A DNA stretch of 64,000 bases from Thermoplasmata archaeon (GTDB taxonomy: Archaea > Thermoplasmatota > Thermoplasmata > Lutacidiplasmatales > UBA184). The notes below the pieces were generated by a model. That model was not told where the DNA came from and did not search any database. It saw only the letters and a program-made list of their open reading frames with translations. The number at the start of each line of letters is the position of its first letter. Within the stretch, counting starts at the first letter, position 1. The position numbers were made by a program, and so were the translations under genes. Below, piece after piece: positions 1 through 6,835 of this stretch. The stretch spans positions 8,206-72,205 of the forward strand of contig JBKQMS010000009.1 of the NCBI GenBank assembly GCA_052326485.1. The letters are read 5' to 3'.

Positions 1-173
1 GGGTTGCGACGATGATGACCTGGGATCGCATGGCGCTCGAAGTCTCCGCCCGAGCGAACCACGGACGGAGAGAACGGGCATAAAGGGTTGTATCGGGGGT
101 AGACCCCCTCGGAGGAGTAGGCTGGGAAATAGGGTTAAATCGCGGCGGCCCGTGCGCGACCGAAGGTGTTTCG

Positions 174-1142
174 ATGAGTGAAACCTCCGCCCCGCCCTCG
201 GGCGCTGGGCCTGCCTCCCCGACCCCCTCCCCCCATCGGTACTCGCGGCCCCGGCTCAGCCGGCTCGGCCTCGGGCCAGGGAAGATGACCCGATTGAAGC
301 GGCTCCTCTACACCCACGGTCCGGGCGGCGGCACTCTGCTCGTCCTCCCCATCGACCAAGGGCTCGAGCACGGTCCGGTCGACTTCTTCCCGAACCCGGA
401 CGCGCTCGACCCGCAATACCAGTACGACCTCGCCCACGAGGGGAAGTTCAGCGCGATCGCGCTCCACATCGGTCTCGCCGAGAAGTACTTCCACGAGTAC
501 GCCGGCGACGTTCCGCTGATCCTGAAGCTGAACGGGAAGACCACCATCCCGGGCGACGCCCAGGCATTCAGCCCCCTCACGGGAACGGTTGAGGACGCGG
601 TGCGTCTCGGCGCGGACGCTGTCGGATACACGATCTACGTCGGCTCACCGGCCCAGGACCGGGACTTCCTGCAGTTCCTCGAGGTCCGCAAGGAAGCCCA
701 GCGCCTCGGGATGCCCCTCATCGTGTGGGCCTACCCGCGAGGCGAGGCGGTAGCCAAGAAGGGAGGCAAGGAGAGCCTCTATGCCGTCGACTACGCGGCG
801 CGCGTCGCCCACGAGCTCGGCGCCGACGTCGTGAAGCTCAACTACCCGGTCTCGTCCCTGAAGGACGCGGACAGCCCGCCTCCGTACAACACCCTGCGAC
901 TCCCGCCGTCCGAGGCCTTCCGCAAGGTCGTTCAGAGCGCGGGCCGCTCGCTCGTGCTCGTCTCGGGTGGAGAGAGGATCGGGGACGACGAGCTGATGCT
1001 CAAGGTCCGGTCCTCGATGGACGCCGGCGCGACGGGGATCATCTTCGGCCGCAACCTTTGGCAGCGACCGAAGGCCGACGCGCTCCGATTGACCCGGGAA
1101 CTGCATGAGATCTTCCGGGAGTACGCGCAAGCCCCGTCGTAA
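174..1142 (+). CDS. fba: Class I fructose-bisphosphate aldolase (FbaB/DhnA type)
   Basis: The translation matches my recollection of E. coli FbaB blocks (LVLPIDQGLEHGP, PLILKLNGKTT, IVWAYPRG, VKLNYP). A TATA-like GTTAAAT at 134-140 and a GGTG just upstream favour ATG174. Third-position GC stays high through the N-terminus. ATG285 is an alternative start. Confidence 0.85.
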   Translation: MSETSAPPSGAGPASPTPSPHRYSRPRLSRLGLGPGKMTRLKRLLYTHGPGGGTLLVLPIDQGLEHGPVDFFPNPDALDPQYQYDLAHEGKFSAIALHIGLAEKYFHEYAGDVPLILKLNGKTTIPGDAQAFSPLTGTVEDAVRLGADAVGYTIYVGSPAQDRDFLQFLEVRKEAQRLGMPLIVWAYPRGEAVAKKGGKESLYAVDYAARVAHELGADVVKLNYPVSSLKDADSPPPYNTLRLPPSEAFRKVVQSAGRSLVLVSGGERIGDDELMLKVRSSMDAGATGIIFGRNLWQRPKADALRLTRELHEIFREYAQAPS

Positions 1143-1680
1143 CGCGGCGCTCCGCCTCCTCGTCGTGCTGGCGGGGGAGGACCACCCCAAGGCGTGCACC
1201 GGTCGCCGTCTTCTGCGTTGGAGGCGGGTCGTGCAGGTCCCCCGCGAGGACGCGAGCTTCCCCGCCCCGGTCGTGCTGGACCCCTACGCCCCCACGCCCC
1301 TCTCGGGCGCCGACCGCGAGACCGCGGAGGGAGGGGGGATCCTCGTGGTGGATTGTTCGTGGAACCGCCTTTCGGCCCGGGGTTCATTCCCCGGCCAAGA
1401 GCGTCGGGACCGTCGCCACGGCACCCACCGGCGGCTTCCGGTCCTCGTTGCCACGAACCCGCAGCATTATGGACGGCTCACCCAGCTAAACACCGTGGAG
1501 GCGTTCTGTGCGGCGCTGTCCATCCTGGGAAGAACCGAGGAAGCGGAGAACCTGATGGACGGATTCGCCGGAGGCGGCGAGTTCCTCGCGGTGAACCGCG
1601 ACCGCCTCGACCGGTATCGGGAAACCGCGGGGCCATCCGAGGTCCTTGCGGCAGAGAAGGCTCTCTTCGGGGGGACGTGA
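1105..1680 (+). CDS. tsr3: 16S rRNA aminocarboxypropyltransferase Tsr3 (DUF367)
   Basis: Tsr3-like motifs are present: LRLLVVLAGEDHPKACTGRRL, ILVVDCSWNRL, LVATNPQHYGR and LNTVEAFCAAL. ATG1105 is the only canonical start upstream of the first conserved strand, which gives a 38-nt overlap with fba. Confidence 0.8.
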   Translation: MRSSGSTRKPRRNAALRLLVVLAGEDHPKACTGRRLLRWRRVVQVPREDASFPAPVVLDPYAPTPLSGADRETAEGGGILVVDCSWNRLSARGSFPGQERRDRRHGTHRRLPVLVATNPQHYGRLTQLNTVEAFCAALSILGRTEEAENLMDGFAGGGEFLAVNRDRLDRYRETAGPSEVLAAEKALFGGT

Positions 1681-1769
1681 GCCCTTCGGTCCGTCCGCGA
1701 GTAATCGCGGTCTGGTCGCGGGACGTAGGACCGTGGACGACCCGAATCGAGAGGCGCCGGTCCCCGGGC

Positions 1770-2669
1770 TCATCCGGGAATCGGGTACGACCGCCCTTCC
1801 GTCGAGAGATGCTCGACGGAAAGGTCGGCCACGGTGCGAAGAGGCGTTCGAAGAGGGAGGCGGGCGATGATCACGCCGCCGTAGCGCTCGTAGATGCGAG
1901 AAGTGTGGAGGGTGAGGCACCTCCCTCCGTAGAGGGGACGCCCCGTGAGGTCCGGGTCGTGACCTCGCAGCATGATCTGAAGGCCGGTCACGCGCAGGAA
2001 CTGCTCTAGGTCCCGTCCTCCCCAAGGAAGGGCCGCGCCACGACGGATGTGCGAGGCGTCGCACTCGGCCCAGACGAGCTCCGCGAGCCGCTCCTCATCG
2101 GGCGCGACGAACGCTTTCGTCCAAGGGGTAGGAAGCCTCCCACGGGGGAACCCGGCGTGGGCGAGGTAGGCCCCGTTCGAAGTGACCACCGCGAGAGGTC
2201 CCCTCTCGAACAGTCCGAGCAGGCGGTCGTACCGGGTGGAATCCGGCCCCCATAGTTCGTCCACCTCGTCGGGGAGGCGGTGGGGTACCGCGGGAATTCG
2301 ACGTATCGTCTCGTGGTTGCCTTGGATCAAGAACACTCGAGCAGGGGCTTCGGCCGCGAGGCTCAGCAGGTACAGCCCGTTCGCGACCGAACCCGCACCG
2401 CAGTCGTCGGGAGGTCGGTCGACGTAGTCGCCGAGGCCGATCAGGCAGCGGTTCCCCGCGCGATACCGTTCGACAAGGTCCTCGGTCGACCTCCAGTCGC
2501 CGTGGGAGTCCCCGAACACGATCGCCTCCTCGGCCTCCTCTACGGGCATATCGACCAAAGGGGGTCGAACGGGGACTCTGCGCTCGAGGCGGTCCAGGAG
2601 GGCGTCCGCCTCAGTGGCAGAGAGGCGCAGGAGGTCGGAGGGCGACGACGGAGCTCCTTCCTCGGACAT
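1770..2669 (-). CDS. Metallophosphoesterase / PPP-family Ser/Thr phosphatase
   Basis: Carries the motifs GDSHGD, GDYVDRPP and GNHE in the canonical order and spacing. Confidence 0.8.
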   Translation of the reverse strand: MSEEGAPSSPSDLLRLSATEADALLDRLERRVPVRPPLVDMPVEEAEEAIVFGDSHGDWRSTEDLVERYRAGNRCLIGLGDYVDRPPDDCGAGSVANGLYLLSLAAEAPARVFLIQGNHETIRRIPAVPHRLPDEVDELWGPDSTRYDRLLGLFERGPLAVVTSNGAYLAHAGFPRGRLPTPWTKAFVAPDEERLAELVWAECDASHIRRGAALPWGGRDLEQFLRVTGLQIMLRGHDPDLTGRPLYGGRCLTLHTSRIYERYGGVIIARLPLRTPLRTVADLSVEHLSTEGRSYPIPG

Positions 2670-2871
2670 TCCGCGGACCGCCTACGGCACCGAGGGAAGT
2701 GCGGGGGGCCGGAGTTCCCGGGGGCCGGTCCTGACGACCGGCCCGCCCTTTGAACCGGCGAATGCCCTAGGCAACAGGGTCCTAAGCCCTGCCTCGGTGG
2801 CCCCGCCGGACGCGTCCGACGGATTGGCCGAGCTGGAGCACCCCCGCACCGGAATGATGAGGCGAGAAGAG

Positions 2872-2978
2872 TAGCCCCGGCAGGAGTTTCGGCCGTCGGG
2901 GAATTCGACCTCCGCGGCGTTCGAACCTGCGTCGCGAGATCCAGAGTCTCGCATGATTGGCCACTACACTACGGGGCT
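2872..2978 (-). tRNA. tRNA-Gln(CTG) with a 34-nt intron at T-loop position 59/60
   Basis: Cloverleaf read by hand on the minus strand. It has acceptor AGCCCCG/CGGGGCT plus discriminator A, anticodon stem CGAGA/TCTCG with loop CTCTGGA, and T-stem GCAGG/CCTGC. The T-loop is interrupted by plus-strand 2886-2919. A helix-bulge-helix-bulge-helix is formed by GCAGG:CCTGC, TTCG:CGAA (4 bp) and GCCG:CGGC, with 3-nt bulges AAC and ACT. The spliced product is 73 nt with T-loop TTCGAAT. Confidence 0.85.
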
Positions 2979-3002
2979 ACAACAGTCCCAGCTTCGGGCC
3001 GT

Positions 3003-3009
3003 TGATAAA
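3003..3009 (-). promoter_or_regulatory. TATA box for tRNA-Gln
   Basis: Minus strand reads GTTTATCAAC, ending 24 nt upstream of the tRNA 5' end at 2978. Confidence 0.5.
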
Positions 3010-3136
3010 CGTTACCGCGCGAAGGAGCTTCCGAGCGCCTCCGTCCCAGAAGGGACCACACGACACAAATAGACCGGGACAGTCCCCCGCGCATCCATGC
3101 CGGGAGGACTGCATGGCGGGAGGGGGGTGAATCCAC

Positions 3137-4930
3137 TTGAGCGGTCAAGCGGATTCCGCACCGAGGACCGAGGACCCGGCGCAATCTGGAACGGCGGTGA
3201 GATCGGCTCCTTCCTCTGACCGCACGCGACTGCGGTGGAGCCGTCCGGCCACGTTCCTCTACCTCGCGGTTCCGCTGTCGATCGGCGTGATCGCAGCCTC
3301 CGACCCGGGGTTCACGGCCGCGGGGCTCGCGAGCTATCTCCCGACCGCCACCGTGGACGTCTCGTATTCGTTCTTGCGGATGTCGGCCGCGTACCTCCTC
3401 TCCCTCGCGTTCGCGCTTTCCTACGGCTACTACGCCGCGGCCCACCGGACCGGCGAGAAAGTGATGATCCCGATCCTCGACATCCTGCAGTCCGTTCCCA
3501 TTCTCGGCTTCTTCCCGGTCGTGGTCTTGGTGCTCTACAATCTTCAGCCCTCCGGGTTCGGGCCGAACCTGGCCTCCGTGATCCTGATCTTCACCTCGAT
3601 GTCGTGGAACATGGTCTTCGGGGTGTACGAGTCCTTGAAGACAGTCCCCTCCGACCTCCGCGAGGCGGCCGACACCTTCGGGCTCCGGGGCTGGCTCCGG
3701 TTCCGGCGCCTCCTCTTCCCGGCCACGGTGAACCGTCTCGTCTACAACTCGGTGCTTTCCTGGACGGGCGGCTGGTTCTTCCTCGTCGAGGCCGAGATCT
3801 TCACCACGAACGGGGCGGCGCTTCCGGGGATCGGGAGCTTCCTCTCCTTCGCAGCTAGCGGGCACAACAGTGAGAAGTTCATCGCCGGTCTCATCGTCCT
3901 CGTCATCGTCATCGCGCTCCTCGACTTCGCCCTCTGGAGACCCCTCGGACACTGGGCCGAGCGGTTCCGATACGATCAGTCTCCCTCGGGGGAGGGAGAG
4001 GCGTTCGCGCCTCCCGGCACTTCGGGGCGATTCCGCCGAGCGGCGGCGTACGTCACGCGCGGGGTTCGAACCGGCGTCTCGCGACTGAGCACCCCGCTCG
4101 TCCAATTGGCGGCCATCCGGGTACGACCCAGCCGAGAGCCGAATGCTCGCCGTCAGTCGATGATCTACCACCTCTCGTTGGGGACCATCCTGGTCCTCGT
4201 CTGGCTGATGTTGATCGCCATCATCGTCGCCGTGTACACCGTGTTCAGTGGAACGATCGTACCACCGGTGCGAGCCCAGATGTTGCAGATTCCGTTTGCC
4301 GTGGGGGCCTCGATCGTCCGGCTCGTGGTCGCGTATGCCATCTGCCTCGCCATCGCGCTTCCCCTCGCGATCCTCTTGGCCCGAGGACCGCGGGCGCGAC
4401 GCGTGGGCCTGCCCATCGTCGAGGTGGTCGCGTCGTTCCCGGCAACCGCCCTCTTCCCGGTCATCATCTTCGAGGTGGTCCCCTACATCACCCCCGAGGG
4501 CGCCTCGATCGTCATGCTGATCACGGGGATGATCTGGTATCTCTTCTTCAACCTCCTCTCGGGGATACGGTCGATCCCGCCGGACCTCGAAGAGGCGGCA
4601 CGGTCGTTCGGGCTCAAGGGTCGGAAGTTCCTTCGTCGGGTCCTCGTGCCGGGGGTCTTCACCGCGCTGATCACCGGCTCCATCACTGCGTTCGGAGGCG
4701 GCTGGAACACCCTGATCGTGGCGGAGTACCTCAAGGTCGGCAACGGCCCGTCCCTGAGCGTCCTCGGGGTCGGTCAGCTGATCGACATCGGGTACGCCGA
4801 ATCCGGGGCCGGAGGGTACCCGCTCATGGTCGCGGCGCTGTTCGCCCTGATCGCGAGCGTCATCATCATCAACGAACTCATATGGAAGCCGCTCTACCGC
4901 CGGGCGGTCGAGAAATACCGGTACGATTGA
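3137..4930 (+). CDS. ABC transporter permease, NitT/TauT family, duplicated (fused) permease domains
   Basis: Polytopic membrane protein with two repeated ABC permease cores, each containing an EAA-like loop (LREAADTFGLRGW and LEEAARSFGLKGR). The TTG start is preceded by GGAGGGGGGTGA. Confidence 0.85.
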   Translation: MSGQADSAPRTEDPAQSGTAVRSAPSSDRTRLRWSRPATFLYLAVPLSIGVIAASDPGFTAAGLASYLPTATVDVSYSFLRMSAAYLLSLAFALSYGYYAAAHRTGEKVMIPILDILQSVPILGFFPVVVLVLYNLQPSGFGPNLASVILIFTSMSWNMVFGVYESLKTVPSDLREAADTFGLRGWLRFRRLLFPATVNRLVYNSVLSWTGGWFFLVEAEIFTTNGAALPGIGSFLSFAASGHNSEKFIAGLIVLVIVIALLDFALWRPLGHWAERFRYDQSPSGEGEAFAPPGTSGRFRRAAAYVTRGVRTGVSRLSTPLVQLAAIRVRPSREPNARRQSMIYHLSLGTILVLVWLMLIAIIVAVYTVFSGTIVPPVRAQMLQIPFAVGASIVRLVVAYAICLAIALPLAILLARGPRARRVGLPIVEVVASFPATALFPVIIFEVVPYITPEGASIVMLITGMIWYLFFNLLSGIRSIPPDLEEAARSFGLKGRKFLRRVLVPGVFTALITGSITAFGGGWNTLIVAEYLKVGNGPSLSVLGVGQLIDIGYAESGAGGYPLMVAALFALIASVIIINELIWKPLYRRAVEKYRYD

Positions 4931-4966
4931 TCCCGGGAACTGGTCGGCAAGGGTGGGGAAAGGACC

Positions 4967-5776
4967 GTGGCGCTGATCCGGGTCGAGCACGTGGACAAGA
5001 GCTTCGCGTCTCGGCACGGTTCGATCTCCATCATGCGGGACATCACCTTCGAGGTCAAGGACTCAGACTTCGTCGCCATCGTCGGGCCTTCCGGATGCGG
5101 GAAGTCGACCCTGCTGCGCCTGATCCAGGGCCTCGATATACCGACCGCGGGCACGATCTGGTTCCAGGACCGGAAGGTCGAAACGGTCTGCCCCCAGATG
5201 GCGATGGTCTTCCAGAGCTTCGCTCTGTACCCCTGGCTCACCGTCGCGCAGAACGTCGCCTTTGGGCTCGAGGCACTCGGTTGGGCCTCCGAGCGGATCG
5301 GCTCGCAGGTCGAGCGGTACATCTCCGTCACCGGCCTCGACGGTTTCCAGGAGGCGTATCCCCGAGAGCTTTCCGGCGGTATGCGCCAGCGCGTGGGGCT
5401 CGCCCGAGCCCTAGCCGTGGAACCGGCCGTCCTGCTGATGGACGAACCGTTCAGCTCCCTGGACCCGCTCACCGCGGAGAGCCTTCGCGAGGAGGTCCTC
5501 CAACTCTGGCGGGACCCCCAGCTGCCCCCCGACGCCGTCCTGCTCGTCAGCCACAACATCGAGGAGGCGATCCAGCTGGCGGACCGGGTGATCGTCCTCT
5601 CGCGGCGACCCGGCCAGATCCTCGCCCAGGTCGAGGTCGACCTTCCCCGGCCCCGGGACCGGAAGTCCACCGCGTTCTACGACCTCACCGACCGCGTCTA
5701 CTCGCTCATCACGGAGGGGGGGGCCCCTTTCTCCCTCCGGACCCGACCCGCGGAGGGCTCTCCCCCCGCCGGGTAA
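4967..5776 (+). CDS. ABC transporter ATP-binding protein, NitT/TauT family
   Basis: Has Walker A GPSGCGKST, signature LSGGMRQR and Walker B LLMDEPFS. GTG start. Confidence 0.9.
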   Translation: MALIRVEHVDKSFASRHGSISIMRDITFEVKDSDFVAIVGPSGCGKSTLLRLIQGLDIPTAGTIWFQDRKVETVCPQMAMVFQSFALYPWLTVAQNVAFGLEALGWASERIGSQVERYISVTGLDGFQEAYPRELSGGMRQRVGLARALAVEPAVLLMDEPFSSLDPLTAESLREEVLQLWRDPQLPPDAVLLVSHNIEEAIQLADRVIVLSRRPGQILAQVEVDLPRPRDRKSTAFYDLTDRVYSLITEGGAPFSLRTRPAEGSPPAG

Positions 5777-5827
5777 GTCTTATAGAACGGTTCCTAGTAG
5801 GGTCGCTCCGAGAGGAAGAGGACAGAA

Positions 5828-6448
5828 GTGCCGACGACGTTCCCGAAGTGCAACCCCACGGAAATGATGGGGCTGCTGGTCCTCCTGAACTCCCACAATG
5901 GTTCCGAGGACGTGGCCCTCCTCGCCGACGACCTCGATCTGGAGATCGACGAGATCTTCCCCGCGCTCGAGTTCGCCGAGGTCCTCCAGCTCGTGAAGGT
6001 CACGGATGGGCGGGCCACCTTTACCGACCTTGGGAAGAAGCTCATGGGCGGGTCGATCCGGGAGCGCAAGACCACGATCCGCGAACAGCTCCGAAAGACC
6101 ACCCTCTTCAAGACGCTCCTCCGCGCGCTCGAGAGCGCCCCGGAGCACTCGCTCTCGGACGAGGACCTTGGCCAGATCGTCTCGTTCACCACAGCTCCGG
6201 CCGACGAGGCGGTGCAGAACATCGTCAACTGGGGGCGGTACGCCGACCTCTTCCGCTACGATTCCGCGGAGCAGCGCCTGATCCTCACGCGGCGTTCTTC
6301 CGCCGGGAAGACCGGCTCGGGCCAGTCCCGTCCCCCGGCGCCTCCCGCGACCCCGGGGGAAGGGGGTTCCTCCGCCTCGAAGGAATCGACCTCAGCCTCC
6401 CCGGGCTCCGAAATCCGCACCTCGGTAGCGCTGACGGCCACGGGCTAG
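5828..6448 (+). CDS. Stand-alone AAA-associated (NitT/TauT ATPase C-terminal-like) domain protein
   Basis: Resembles the domain I recall fused C-terminally to some NitT/TauT ATPases (LLVLLNSH, LADDLDLEIDEIFPALEFAEVL, WGRYADLFRYD), followed by a low-complexity tail. GTG start follows GAGAGGAAGAGGA. Confidence 0.7.
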   Translation: MPTTFPKCNPTEMMGLLVLLNSHNGSEDVALLADDLDLEIDEIFPALEFAEVLQLVKVTDGRATFTDLGKKLMGGSIRERKTTIREQLRKTTLFKTLLRALESAPEHSLSDEDLGQIVSFTTAPADEAVQNIVNWGRYADLFRYDSAEQRLILTRRSSAGKTGSGQSRPPAPPATPGEGGSSASKESTSASPGSEIRTSVALTATG

Positions 6449-6617
6449 GCACGACCCGGCAGGCCGGGGACCTGGCGCCTGCTGAAGCCCCCTACCGTAG
6501 TTCAAACTGTTCCCCGGTTCGGCACGACCCCCGGAGAACCGACACGCGGCCGGTCCGTCTCACGGCGGGGAGGAGTTTCCAAAGGGCTTAAGGGGACAGC
6601 CCTATCCCCGCCTCCGC

Positions 6618-6689
6618 GGGCACGTAGATCAGCGGAAGATCGCTGCTTTCGCAAAGCAGAGGTCGGGGGTTCAAATCCCCCCGTGTCCA
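6618..6689 (+). tRNA. tRNA-Ala(CGC)
   Basis: 72-nt cloverleaf read by hand: GGGCACG-TA-GATC-AGCGGAA-GATC-G-CTGCT-TTCGCAA-AGCAG-AGGTC-GGGGG-TTCAAAT-CCCCC-CGTGTCC-A. The G3:U70 Ala identity pair is present and no CCA is encoded. TATA-like CTTAAG lies at 6587-6592. Confidence 0.95.
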
Positions 6690-6835
6690 CTCCCATTCGC
6701 GCCGCGGGACCGCCCTTTGGGGCCGCGGACCTCAACTGACGTCAATCCCGACATAAGAGCTGTTCACCGAATGTCCGGGGAGGTCATCGCGTCGCGCGGG
6801 GAGCCTTCCCGATTGTCGGTTCCCGCGGGCGGTGA

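Noticed and set aside
1-31. Possible minus-strand gene start (ATG at 31-29, reading MRSQVIIVAT... leftwards out of the window).
   Set aside because: Only 10 codons are visible, which is too little to support a call.
2969-5017. 682-aa minus-strand ORF, the longest ORF in this part of the window.
   Set aside because: It is antisense to the well-supported ABC permease/ATPase genes. The translation is R/D/E/G/P-rich with no recognisable motif, which is typical of stop-codon depletion in GC-rich DNA.
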